Shown: piece after piece, positions 28,705 to 38,080 of the stretch
Numbering within the stretch: the first letter of the stretch is position 1
How the letters are laid out: every line of letters starts with the position of its first letter
Origin: Candidatus Thorarchaeota archaeon
Lineage (GTDB): Archaea; Asgardarchaeota; Thorarchaeia; Thorarchaeales; Thorarchaeaceae
Length of the DNA: 64,000 nt
Direction of reading: 5' to 3'
Assembly (NCBI GenBank): GCA_011364905.1
Contig: RDNZ01000002.1
Span: 37,994 to 101,993 of the forward strand
The notes under the pieces: model-generated
Seen by the model: the letters and a program-made list of their open reading frames with translations, nothing else
Told to the model about the DNA's origin: nothing
Database searches by the model: none
Translations under genes and position numbers: made by a program

Positions 28705-29958
28705 ATGTCATCGTACTCTAATGGAAACAAAAAACGTTGGCTATATTCAATGACAGAAGATAGTATGATTTCAGGTTTTGTCAAACCACAGTTCGAATCT
28801 GTTAAAGACGTTTTTATCGAAAACTTCGAACAACGGAATGAGTTGGGTGCAGCATGTTGTATCTATTACAAAGGAGAGAAAGTGGTTGACCTGTGGGGTG
28901 GAATCAAGAATGAAGGCACTGGGGAACCTTGGGAAGAGGACACTATGGTACTTGTTTGGTCAACAACAAAGGGGCTATCAGCTCTCGCAATGGCTCTTGC
29001 AAACTCTCAAGGATTGTTTGAATATGACGAACCAGTTTCGAAATATTGGCCAGAATTTGCTCAGAATGGGAAAGAAAGAATCACTGTCAGACAACTTATG
29101 GCGCATCAAGCTGGTTTGTACGCTTTTGATGAACTAGGTGATAGGGATATCATTGCAGACCTGGATCGTCTTGCTGTAGTATTAGCTGAGCAGAAACCTG
29201 CTTATGAACCAGGAACACAACACACGTACCATGCGTTGACACTAGGTTTCTACCAGAGCGAACTCCTCCGAAGGGTTGATCCAAAGGGGCGTAGCTTAGG
29301 GCAATACTTCCGTGATGAGATTGCTACTCCTTTAGGTATCGACTTCTACATTGGTTTACCAGAAGATATTCCAAACTCAAGACTCTCTCCGCTTAGAGAA
29401 GTCAAATTTTCTTTTTCAGCCATGAAGTCTGCAGGTCTAGGAATGATTCTTGCCGCAATGAATCCCCGATCTGCACTCAGACGAGCTTTGGTTGGGACAG
29501 AGTTTTGCTTGGATGAAGATCACATCTATACTCGAAATTATGAAGTTCCATCTGGGGGAGGTGTAGGCACAGCTCGGGCAATCGCTTGTGCTTACAGTGT
29601 TTTTGCAACTGGTGGAAAAGAACTTGGAATTCGTGAAGAAACGCTTCAACAACTAATGGCTCCAGCTATTCCTCCCACACGTGGTTTCAAAGATGGAGCC
29701 TTTAAGATGAATACAAGTTATTCACTTGGATTTGCTAGAGGTCTTCCAGAGAGCCCATTTGGATCTCCTAGCTCTTTTGGGATGCCGGGCACAGGTGGAT
29801 CGTTTGGATATGCGGACCCTGAAGTCGGGGTAGGTTACGGATATGTACTCAATGGACTTGGAACTTCATTTCCACACGATCCACGAGATATCGCTTTGCG
29901 TACTGCTTTCTACGAATCCATTGGCAAGTCAGATTTGCTAAGTAGCAAAAGGGTGTAG
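28705..29958 (+). CDS. Serine hydrolase, beta-lactamase/class C esterase family
   Basis: VVDLWGG, SxxK (WSTTKG), ITVRQLMAHQAGL, YHALTLG, SFGMPGTGGS. Confidence 0.9.
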   Translation: MSSYSNGNKKRWLYSMTEDSMISGFVKPQFESVKDVFIENFEQRNELGAACCIYYKGEKVVDLWGGIKNEGTGEPWEEDTMVLVWSTTKGLSALAMALANSQGLFEYDEPVSKYWPEFAQNGKERITVRQLMAHQAGLYAFDELGDRDIIADLDRLAVVLAEQKPAYEPGTQHTYHALTLGFYQSELLRRVDPKGRSLGQYFRDEIATPLGIDFYIGLPEDIPNSRLSPLREVKFSFSAMKSAGLGMILAAMNPRSALRRALVGTEFCLDEDHIYTRNYEVPSGGGVGTARAIACAYSVFATGGKELGIREETLQQLMAPAIPPTRGFKDGAFKMNTSYSLGFARGLPESPFGSPSSFGMPGTGGSFGYADPEVGVGYGYVLNGLGTSFPHDPRDIALRTAFYESIGKSDLLSSKRV

Positions 29959-30016
29959 GAACGACAATAATCACCTTTCAGCAAATGTATAAAAGTATTG
30001 AAACTTGCCCAACCAT

Positions 30017-30451
30017 ATGTCACCTACTCGCGCGGAAGAAGCAAAGAAGATAATGGATGAACAGAGAGGTTCTTGTTCACAAGCGATATTCGCTACCTAT
30101 GGTGTACACCTCAGTTCTGGAAAACTTGACTATAATACTTGCATGAATATAGCATCTGGGTTTGGTGGGGGTATAGCCAGTAATGGAAATGTATGTGGAG
30201 CTCTGACTGGTGCAATCATGGCTCTAGGACTGAAGTACGGAGGGTCAAGGATGGAGGAGAAAGTCTTTCAAGCCGCAAACACGCTTCTCGAAAATTTCAC
30301 CAAGCTTCATGGTTCGACGCTTTGCAGAGAATTAATCAAATATGACTTAGCCGCTGCTGAAGATGTGAGAGAAGCCTTCGAAAAGGGTGCATTTGACAAC
30401 TGTCCAAAATATGTGGAAGATGTGGCTGAGATTCTTGAAACACTAATCTAG
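30017..30451 (+). CDS. C-GCAxxG-C-C family putative redox protein
   Basis: CSQA, GFGGG, VCGALTG, GSTLCRELI, C..YV pattern. Confidence 0.88.
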   Translation: MSPTRAEEAKKIMDEQRGSCSQAIFATYGVHLSSGKLDYNTCMNIASGFGGGIASNGNVCGALTGAIMALGLKYGGSRMEEKVFQAANTLLENFTKLHGSTLCRELIKYDLAAAEDVREAFEKGAFDNCPKYVEDVAEILETLI

Positions 30452-30587
30452 TTTGTTTGATATTTGATTTTCTAAACAACTGCCTCCAGATCAGCACTAA
30501 AGTCCCAATGTGTTCTGACTGCGAATTGCTTAACGGCGTGCATCAGTTTTTTAACCTCAGGAATAGACATGTAGCGGAGGTTCTCTA

Positions 30588-31040
30588 ATGGAGAGAGTAA
30601 ATGAGAAGTATGGTTGGGTAGTGTACCTAGCTCTGAGTCTGTTGTGGTTGGTGGTTGGTCTGTACCAGATCTTCCTTCCCCGCGAACTGGCCGTAGATGA
30701 TGTTCAGCTTATCTTGAACTTGCCACTGGGTGATCTCGAGGCATCGAGTCCGCTGGCCATGGACTTTGCGTTCTGGCTATATGGGAGTCTGGGTCTCCTG
30801 AAGGTCAGTTGGTCCTTCTTTGTCTTAGCGATAACCCTAACGGGCTTCAAGAAAGGAGAAAAGTGGGCATGGTATACTCTGTGGTCAGTACCTGCTCTCT
30901 TGGTGAGTACTGGACTTTTCAACACTATCTACATTGGTGATGTTTCCCAGATGTTGCAATGGGTACCGATTCTAAGCCTATCGCTATTGGGACTCCTCCT
31001 TCCGTATAGGAAGTTCTTCCCCAAACAACCACGCGTGTGA
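30588..31040 (+). CDS. Hypothetical membrane protein (about 4 TM)
   Basis: GGAGGT RBS; hydrophobic segments; GFKKGEKWAWYTLW. Confidence 0.75.
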   Translation: MERVNEKYGWVVYLALSLLWLVVGLYQIFLPRELAVDDVQLILNLPLGDLEASSPLAMDFAFWLYGSLGLLKVSWSFFVLAITLTGFKKGEKWAWYTLWSVPALLVSTGLFNTIYIGDVSQMLQWVPILSLSLLGLLLPYRKFFPKQPRV

Positions 31041-31193
31041 GCTGAAAGAAAACACCTCGGACTGCAGTTAGGGACATCAGCGAAGGTCGCTTGTATACTT
31101 CCGGATACGCTTCTGTTACCGTTAAAGTAGCAGAATGACAAAAGCTTTAACACGGAACTGGGTCTGCCACTTACATTCTCAGGCGAACCAGAT

Positions 31194-32324
31194 ATGAGTC
31201 CAGAATATCCTTCGACTAAGCATTTTATGAAAGGGCTAGACCTTAGCCAGATCTTCTACGAGGAAGCTGTTAAACCCCTCTTAGAATCAGATTTTCCTGC
31301 TCTTACATACTCAGTAGGTCATCTAGGAGCTGGATCAGATGTACTGGGTTTTGACACGGAGCAGTCTATGGACCACGATTGGGGACCGAAGCTGTTAATC
31401 TTTCTTGGAGAGAAGGACCATGAGAAATACCACGAATCTCTAGACACTTTTCTCGGTCACAATTTGCCTACTGAAATTCGTAGCTTACCAGTAAACTTTG
31501 GATACCATGATGATGGTACTATTGTTATGCAACTGTCAGGCGAAAGACCACTCAATCATGGAGTCAAGATTGTTACGATCAGCGATTACTTTGAGAGATA
31601 TCTTACTGTAAATCCACTTGAGAAGATGAATCCGATAGATTGGGTAGTGCTTCCTGAACAACGATTACGAAGTATTACAAGTGGTCGAATATTCCATGAT
31701 GGGCTTGGGAAGCTACAACCCATTATGGAGAAACTGTCTTACTATCCTAATGATGTGTGGCTGTACCTCTTGTCGACCCAATGGCGGCGCATTGCTCAAG
31801 ACGAAGCCTTCATGGGACGTTGCGGACAGGTAGGAGACGAGTTAGGCTCTCGTGTTGTGGGTTCAAGACTGGTTTACGACATAATGAAGCTCTGTTTCTT
31901 GATGGAGAAGCAGTATGCCCCATATATCAAATGGTTCGGAACAGCTTTTTCGATGCTCAAGAGCGCAGGTACTTTGACAACAATCCTCAAGCGAGTGTTT
32001 GAAGCAACTTCATGGGAAAATCGACAAGAACACCTTGTGAGAGCATATGAGATAGTGGCGGGTATGCATAATGACCTCGACATTACCGAACCGATGAGAA
32101 CCAATGTGTTAAACTTTCACAACCGACCGTTCCGGGTCATTGGAGCGGATGATTTCGCTGAAGCAATCTACGCATCAATCCAAGATGAGGAAGTCTTGTC
32201 GCTTTCGAAGTTTCTCGGGGGTGTAGATCAGTTTGTCAACTCTACTGATGTACTATCCAAACCGGAACGATATCCTAAACTACGGAGTATGTTCGATTCA
32301 TTATCATTAGAGTATAGAATGTAA
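31194..32324 (+). CDS. DUF4037 domain protein (nucleotidyltransferase-like N-terminus)
   Basis: GLDLSQIFYEE, GAGSDVLGFD...DHDWGP, YYPNDVW, YAPYIKW. Confidence 0.82.
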   Translation: MSPEYPSTKHFMKGLDLSQIFYEEAVKPLLESDFPALTYSVGHLGAGSDVLGFDTEQSMDHDWGPKLLIFLGEKDHEKYHESLDTFLGHNLPTEIRSLPVNFGYHDDGTIVMQLSGERPLNHGVKIVTISDYFERYLTVNPLEKMNPIDWVVLPEQRLRSITSGRIFHDGLGKLQPIMEKLSYYPNDVWLYLLSTQWRRIAQDEAFMGRCGQVGDELGSRVVGSRLVYDIMKLCFLMEKQYAPYIKWFGTAFSMLKSAGTLTTILKRVFEATSWENRQEHLVRAYEIVAGMHNDLDITEPMRTNVLNFHNRPFRVIGADDFAEAIYASIQDEEVLSLSKFLGGVDQFVNSTDVLSKPERYPKLRSMFDSLSLEYRM

Positions 32325-32434
32325 GAGCCTTCTTCAGTTCCTCTTTCTTTTCTTACTCCAGAATTGTGCAATTCATGCATCTATAGCCGCTCACCAAAGT
32401 TTTCAAATATCCTCCTCCTCAGCTTTATGACGAA

Positions 32435-32941
32435 ATGAAACGAGTGCTTGTCTTAGGCAATTCTGGTTCAGGAAAGTCGAGCTTCGCAAAAAAACTAGCT
32501 GATAAGTTGGGAATTCCATGTATCCACCTCGACTCCTACTACTGGAGACCAAACTGGGTTCCTACTCCGGAAGAGGAATGGCCTTCCATAGTTCGTCGAC
32601 TCATTGATGAGGACGAATGGGTGATGGATGGAAACTACTCGACTACACTAGAGGAGAGAATACAGCGAGCCGACACAGCAATTTATCTTCGAGTAGCGCG
32701 TCCGATTGCATTCTGGAGAGTAATAAGAAGAAGGATTGTGCACCGTGGGAAGGTCCGTGCCGAACTTGCAGAAGGCTGCTATGAGAAGATTGACTTAGAT
32801 TTTCTGAAATGGATCTGGAATCATCCGAAGAGGGCGAAGACTAGAACATTTCCTATTCTAGAGAAGTACTCTAACTCAGAGAAGACTATTCTCTATTTAG
32901 ACGCGAAAGAAGCACAAGAGTTTCTTGACTCTGTGATCTAG
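32435..32941 (+). CDS. FlaR-like P-loop kinase (DNA topology modulation protein family)
   Basis: LGNSGSGKSSFA, HLDSYYWRPNW, WVMDGNY, GCYEKIDLDFLKWIW. Confidence 0.85.
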   Translation: MKRVLVLGNSGSGKSSFAKKLADKLGIPCIHLDSYYWRPNWVPTPEEEWPSIVRRLIDEDEWVMDGNYSTTLEERIQRADTAIYLRVARPIAFWRVIRRRIVHRGKVRAELAEGCYEKIDLDFLKWIWNHPKRAKTRTFPILEKYSNSEKTILYLDAKEAQEFLDSVI

Positions 32942-33117
32942 CATTCCAAGTCACTTGGTCTATTACTGCTCGGATACAGAAATCCCGCGTGAGTATAATA
33001 ATACTAAACTCTTGCAAGAATCCGGAAGTGCGTTTCTCCAGCTTGTTTCTTCCTGGGACAATACAGGTGATCGTGACTCAAAAACACATGATTTCCTTTG
33101 GTGTTCGCATCAATGAA

Positions 33118-33747
33118 TTACTGACGAACAATTGCTCGTATCATACCTACTAGATTCTCAACGAATTCATTATCGTCACCGAAATACCCTGGGAACATTA
33201 TCTGATATGTCATCAAAGTCCCAATCATCCGTTCAATCACAGTTTCGTGTCCCTTGATGTCAAAGGACTTCTTTGGGAACATTTTGGACAAATCATCAAT
33301 GAAATCCACAAACATTTTCCAACCCTGATTCATTGATTCAAGAGACTCGAGTGACTCAACGACATTTTCATACTTGTCAACATCTGCAAGCATCTCTATT
33401 TGAACTGCCGCAAGGAAGTGTCGATCTTTCCGTCGTAAATCTAAAACAGCTTGCAAGAGCTTACCTAATACCTCATCGAATGTTTTTCCGTGCAATAGCT
33501 CTTCAGATTTCAATAGTGACCCGCTTGTTTCGAATGCTTTCTGTTGCATCTTAGACAACAGTTCAGCAAGAATGGAAGTCTTTCCATCAGGAAAGTGGTA
33601 GTATAGAGTACCTATACTGACCTTTGAAAGATAAGCGATATCGTTTACATTGAGATTTGTGTATCCCTTTTTGCGGATTGATTTTTCGGCGATACGTAAA
33701 ATCCGTTCTTTGGCTTCTGACTTTCTCATAGCAGTTGATATCTTCAC
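33118..33747 (-). CDS. TetR/AcrR family transcriptional regulator
   Basis: KERILRIA....KKGY..LNVNDIA..SKVSIGTLYYHFPDGK. Confidence 0.9.
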   Translation of the reverse strand: MKISTAMRKSEAKERILRIAEKSIRKKGYTNLNVNDIAYLSKVSIGTLYYHFPDGKTSILAELLSKMQQKAFETSGSLLKSEELLHGKTFDEVLGKLLQAVLDLRRKDRHFLAAVQIEMLADVDKYENVVESLESLESMNQGWKMFVDFIDDLSKMFPKKSFDIKGHETVIERMIGTLMTYQIMFPGYFGDDNEFVENLVGMIRAIVRQ

Positions 33748-33768
33748 GCATCATCATATAAATATTTG

Positions 33769-33789
33769 AATTCGAGTCGGAATCGAATT
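33769..33789. promoter_or_regulatory. Palindromic operator, site 1 (putative TetR site)
   Basis: AATTCGAGT-CGG-AATCGAATT; 19/21 match to the perfect site at 34706; 22 nt from the tetR start. Confidence 0.7.
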
Positions 33790-33803
33790 ACGAAGGTTAT
33801 AGA

Positions 33804-33893
33804 ATGAAAAAACTGAGCAGACTAGAAGTTGCGAACCTTGGAAGAAAACGAATGATGAAGTTAATGCATCTAGGCGGATACATGATTGAATGA
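33804..33893 (+). pseudogene. 29-codon internally collapsed paralogue of the methyltransferase at 34741
   Basis: MKKLSRLEVANLG-RKRMMKLMHL-GGYMIE against MRKLSRQEVAELG (residues 1-13), RKRMMKLMRL (236-245) and GYLI; the upstream operator and RBS are also shared. Confidence 0.8.
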
Positions 33894-33919
33894 GCGATTG
33901 TTTCATTGAACTGAGTGTT

Positions 33920-34531
33920 CTAGATAAGTTTCCAAAGTATGTACTTCTGATCTTCTATCTGAAGAAGGAATGTCTGACTTAGTTTAAATCTGGAAATGGT
34001 TTCAATCTCCCTTTCTGATGGTCCTATTCCCAACATATACCAATTTTCATAGGGCCATTCTCTCTTAAACCATTTAGGCAATTCCTCTAGCAATTTCTCA
34101 TATAGATTTAGCTTTCGAGCTGTCGGTGTTATCCAAAAAGAAAAACCAGGATCATTTTCTTGTATTTGCAAATCTTCAAAGATTCTGTCATTAAAGAATG
34201 CAAACTTCAAAAATGGAATTACTGGTTTAATGTAAATGCACCCATAGCATTCCGTTTCATCGACATCAAGAATTGTAAAAGCAAATTCCTTTTTCATATC
34301 ATGATCTTTCTCGTGAGCTGTTAATTCCTTGAGATTCGTTTCTTTGGGGAATCCTTCTGGTCTGAATCCGCTTTCAATTACAGCCTTATAGTCAAGTTCA
34401 TTGTCGCTTGCTCTCAGTGGGCGAATCTTTACTTTTCCAAAAATCAGTTCTTCAGGAATGGATTGATTTGGCGGGAAGAATTCATTCATGTGCTGATTGC
34501 AATTTCCAAGACATATCAGCATTGCTTTCAT
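33920..34531 (-). CDS. GNAT-like (RimJ-type) protein
   Basis: IRPLRASDNELDYKAV, FAFTILD...CYGCIYI, FSFWI. Confidence 0.7.
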   Translation of the reverse strand: MKAMLICLGNCNQHMNEFFPPNQSIPEELIFGKVKIRPLRASDNELDYKAVIESGFRPEGFPKETNLKELTAHEKDHDMKKEFAFTILDVDETECYGCIYIKPVIPFLKFAFFNDRIFEDLQIQENDPGFSFWITPTARKLNLYEKLLEELPKWFKREWPYENWYMLGIGPSEREIETISRFKLSQTFLLQIEDQKYILWKLI

Positions 34532-34658
34532 AGCAAGAGAAATTCTGAAATAGAAATGAAGAAGGATTTTGTAAATCCTTCAAAATCATAGGTTTTTCAA
34601 TTCCGTGTTCAAATACTGAACGATAATCAACTTGTGATCATACGTACCATTATATTTG

Positions 34659-34679
34659 AGTTCGAGTCGAAATCGAAAA
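34659..34679. promoter_or_regulatory. Palindromic operator, site 2
   Basis: AGTTCGAGT-CGA-AATCGAAAA; 17/21 match to site 3. Confidence 0.6.
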
Positions 34680-34705
34680 TCCTAAAAGGGAATAAGAGGT
34701 AATAG

Positions 34706-34726
34706 AATTCGAGTCGAACTCGAATT
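34706..34726. promoter_or_regulatory. Palindromic operator, site 3 (perfect 9-bp arms)
   Basis: AATTCGAGT-CGA-ACTCGAATT, 14 nt upstream of the methyltransferase ATG. Confidence 0.75.
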
Positions 34727-34740
34727 ATGAAGGTAATAGA

Positions 34741-35553
34741 ATGAGGAAACTGAGTAGACAAGAAGTTGCTGAGCTCGGACTCTATGATTTCCTTGGATAT
34801 ATTGATGCATTTGATTCTCCTTATATCGGAGGGCTTGCCGGAACTCGCAGGTTAATTGAGCGTTTAGATATACCAAAAGATGAGAATTTTCATGTGCTTG
34901 AGGTCGGATGCGCATCTGGATTTACTAGCTGTATGATTGCTAAAGAATATGGTTGTCAGGTGACAGGGATTGATATCTCTGAGGTCCTAATCTCAAAGGC
35001 TAAAGACAGATCCAACAGAATGGGATTGAACAATGTTCGTTTTCAGGTAGCGGATGCGACACAACTTCCGTTTGACGACAATTCATTTGATGCTGTATTC
35101 GGAGTGGCATTAGTAGCACTTATCCCAATGAAAGAAAAAGTACTGCAAGAATTGAAGAGAATCACAAAACCAGGAGGAGTAATTGGGACACTGGATCTCT
35201 TTGCAAAGACTGGAGCAGACAAAGAGATTGTAGATTCATTTAGCAGTTCTATGAAAACACTCCTCGAATATGATGTGGCAATCTTGGATATTCAAAACTG
35301 GAGAAGTATCTTTGAAAAAACAGGACTTAATGACATCAGTGTTGAAGAGAACTATCATGATGTTCTACTACTTACAAGAAAACGTTCCGGCACAATAAAA
35401 GCCACAATGAAGATGCTCTACCACATGTTGATCAATGGTGCTGTAAGAAAACGGATGATGAAGTTGATGCGTTTAAGGAAGACGGCTACTATGAAGGATG
35501 AGGAAGGATTCGAGCATTTGGGATATCTAATATTCACTGGTCGAAAAGCGTGA
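34741..35553 (+). CDS. Class I SAM-dependent methyltransferase
   Basis: VLEVGCASG, VTGIDIS, VADATQLPFDDNSFDAV, ITKPGG. Confidence 0.92.
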   Translation: MRKLSRQEVAELGLYDFLGYIDAFDSPYIGGLAGTRRLIERLDIPKDENFHVLEVGCASGFTSCMIAKEYGCQVTGIDISEVLISKAKDRSNRMGLNNVRFQVADATQLPFDDNSFDAVFGVALVALIPMKEKVLQELKRITKPGGVIGTLDLFAKTGADKEIVDSFSSSMKTLLEYDVAILDIQNWRSIFEKTGLNDISVEENYHDVLLLTRKRSGTIKATMKMLYHMLINGAVRKRMMKLMRLRKTATMKDEEGFEHLGYLIFTGRKA

Positions 35554-35619
35554 CCATTCATAAAGACCTAGGTACCAAAGTACATCGGAATTAGTATCGA
35601 TGCTTTGTTCCAATGAGTA

Positions 35620-36369
35620 TTAGTTAAACACCAACAGGACTGGCAGAATAGAATATCCACTCAGTGCTATCGCTGTGACATTGATTAGGAGATGGATAAT
35701 TCCTAATGGCCACATACTCTTTGATTTTCTATATAGGAAGATGTAACCTACTGCTATCAGTGTCTGAATGGGAACAAAAAATTCACTGATTGGGAATACG
35801 TATTGACCCTCAGGGAGGACCAATATCCAGAATACTAGATGAATCAGGCTAATGAGAGCAATATACAACAGACCACCTATTGCAATCATCACTTTCCTCT
35901 TTGGGCCCTCTTTGAAGAACTCTGCATAGGAGTCGAAAGTATAGATCCAGATGAGCTGTTCAGAAAATGCATTCAAGGGAGCCCAAATCACAAGTGTGAC
36001 TATCCAACCTAGAATATTGAAGTCTGATACTCGTTGAAAAGTGATGAATTCGAATCCGACTAGAATTAGCTGAAGTATCAGTATGAACACGAAGATTGAA
36101 CTTACATAGCTCGCAAACTGTTTTCGGATTTCTCCCCGTCTTATTTCATACCCAACTGCACCCCGTCTCCATCTTACGATTAGCCAACAGAACACTCCAT
36201 AGTAGAGTATCAGTGGAATCAGTGCTCCAGTTGCGTTGAAAAGATATCCCGCAGCAAATGGCAATCCAATTGCAGCCAAAAGAGCTAAGATAAGGTCCAA
36301 GTATGTTGGCTGGAAATTATCTGGAACATCATGGAGGATTGTCATTTTGAGTCGAACGTTATGAAACAA
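35620..36369 (-). CDS. Membrane protein, CPBP/Abi intramembrane metalloprotease-like (degenerate motifs)
   Basis: Multiple TMs with NAFSEQLIW, SLIH and IIHLLIN at the positions of the CPBP EExxxR/H/HxxxN motifs. Confidence 0.55.
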   Translation of the reverse strand: MFHNVRLKMTILHDVPDNFQPTYLDLILALLAAIGLPFAAGYLFNATGALIPLILYYGVFCWLIVRWRRGAVGYEIRRGEIRKQFASYVSSIFVFILILQLILVGFEFITFQRVSDFNILGWIVTLVIWAPLNAFSEQLIWIYTFDSYAEFFKEGPKRKVMIAIGGLLYIALISLIHLVFWILVLPEGQYVFPISEFFVPIQTLIAVGYIFLYRKSKSMWPLGIIHLLINVTAIALSGYSILPVLLVFN

Positions 36370-36454
36370 TTAGGCTATATCTTTTTTTGGAAAAGGTGTG
36401 GCCCGTGTTAAGAGTCCATGAAACTAATCAAAGAACTCGGCAATTCTTATCTCC

Positions 36455-37102
36455 CTAGGTTGATTTAAGAAACTCTAAGGTTCGCTTCCAAGCCAAACGT
36501 GCTGCTTCCTCATCATATGCATCCTCGCGATCTGGTTCAAAGAACCAATGTCCTGTGCCTTCGTAAGTATAGATGGTTACTGGACGACCTGCCTTCTTAA
36601 GCTCTTTTTCCAGCTCCTCTACATTTTCCCTTGGTTCGTAGGGATCATTCTCAGCAAAATGACCAAGATAGCTCGCCTGCGATGTACTATGGTCTACAGG
36701 TCCAGAACCATAAAACAATACCACAGATCGAATGTACTCAGGACTGGATGCTGCCAAGTCCAAGGCATAATACGCCCCCAAAGAGAAACTGACAATGGCA
36801 ACATCCCGACCTGTGACTCCTGCCTTTTCACACAGATATTTGACGGCGTAAGCAATCTCATCCTTTGCTTGCAGGTAGTTTTCGTCCAGGGTGGAACCCA
36901 GTGCTTCAGCTTCAGTAATAGTGTCTGCCACCTTGCCATGATAGAGGTCTGGAGCAAAAACCAAGAATCCCTCATTAGCTAGCCTATCACAGATGTTTCT
37001 GATAGTGTCATTGAGTCCCCACCAAGCATGTAGAACCAATACAGGAGAGCCAGAATCCATCGAGGGAGTGGCAAGATAACCATCAGGTTGAGTGAGTGAC
37101 AT
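36455..37102 (-). CDS. Dienelactone hydrolase family protein
   Basis: VLVLHAWWGLN, LANEGFLVFAPDLYHG, nucleophile FSLG (Ser rather than Cys), GHFAEND, GTGHWFF, AARLAWKRT. Confidence 0.9.
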   Translation of the reverse strand: MSLTQPDGYLATPSMDSGSPVLVLHAWWGLNDTIRNICDRLANEGFLVFAPDLYHGKVADTITEAEALGSTLDENYLQAKDEIAYAVKYLCEKAGVTGRDVAIVSFSLGAYYALDLAASSPEYIRSVVLFYGSGPVDHSTSQASYLGHFAENDPYEPRENVEELEKELKKAGRPVTIYTYEGTGHWFFEPDREDAYDEEAARLAWKRTLEFLKST

Positions 37103-37280
37103 TTTACAGTCGTTGCTACTCATTTTATTTAAGCATGCTCCTTCACGAGCCAAAAATCAGAAGTCCAAAGAGAATAATTCCTTAGTTCCATACATCAAGT
37201 TGTCTTTGTGTTCATATGGAAACGTAAGACACAAAGAATATCTTATTCCTAGGTGCAAGGATTTGGCAAGGCGCTACACA

Positions 37281-37709
37281 ATGTTTAGCATAAATGAGAA
37301 AATCAGAGCGAATAGGTCTTTGTACTGGGCAGGAATAATACAGACATTGTATGGTTTTTTCGAACTATCTGACGTTGTTGCTGCAGTTATGATAGCGATT
37401 GGCTTAATCCCAAACATCTACGGACAGTTTATTCCAGCGACCACTGAAGTTGGAAAGTTCATGGAAACAACGCCTGCAATCTTCATCGCCATTTTCTTCT
37501 TCTTTGCTAGCTTGCGAGTCTTGTCGGGCTATTGGATTCTACTAAATCGAGCAAAGGGATTCTGGATGGCTGTACTTGTTTCAGGAGTATCGCTAGTTGC
37601 AGTTTGGTTCCTTCTGCCCTTAAGTGCTCTTGATCTCTGTATCATTCTTCCAGTCCTTATTCTTCTCTTCAAAGGATACTTCCGGGATTCGCCAATTGTT
37701 CCAGATTAA
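37281..37709 (+). CDS. Hypothetical membrane protein (about 4 TM)
   Basis: Hydrophobic helices; start set at MFSINEK because the longer ORF overlaps the divergent gene. Confidence 0.7.
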   Translation: MFSINEKIRANRSLYWAGIIQTLYGFFELSDVVAAVMIAIGLIPNIYGQFIPATTEVGKFMETTPAIFIAIFFFFASLRVLSGYWILLNRAKGFWMAVLVSGVSLVAVWFLLPLSALDLCIILPVLILLFKGYFRDSPIVPD

Positions 37710-37884
37710 CAGACTCTCAATCGTTGGTTAATAGTCTGTCAAATGGCGGGGCATTAAAACTAACGCTCATCAATTTCCTCACGAGAAATCAGTTGCATTT
37801 TCCCATTCGCAACACTGAAGACTCAAAAAACGCAAATGGATTATATCAGAGCTCTTAGAAGATTGCTACTTAGAGGTGAGATAG

Positions 37885-38061
37885 ATGAAACTTGAATTGA
37901 AATACATGAAAGCAGCTACTATTTCATGGATAATTACATCATTGTATCTATTGATTGGCATGCTTCGTGAGTTTCTAGTAGGGGGCGGCTTGGGGATATT
38001 GGGTATTTTACTTTTGACATCCTTAGCAGTGTTTCTTGTCGCATTGTTGTATTTCAGCTAG
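37885..38061 (+). CDS. Small (58 aa) two-TM membrane protein, absent from the ORF track
   Basis: GAGGTGA RBS 5 nt upstream; MKLELKYMKAATISWIITSLYLLIGMLREFLVGGGLGILGILLLTSLAVFLVALLYFS. Confidence 0.7.
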   Translation: MKLELKYMKAATISWIITSLYLLIGMLREFLVGGGLGILGILLLTSLAVFLVALLYFS

Positions 38062-38080
38062 TAGGAATATGTTGAGTTGG

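Noticed and set aside
30017-30451. Possible selenoprotein in the C-GCAxxG-C-C protein or the AOR operon
   Set aside because: All motif positions are encoded as Cys and the frames are uninterrupted.
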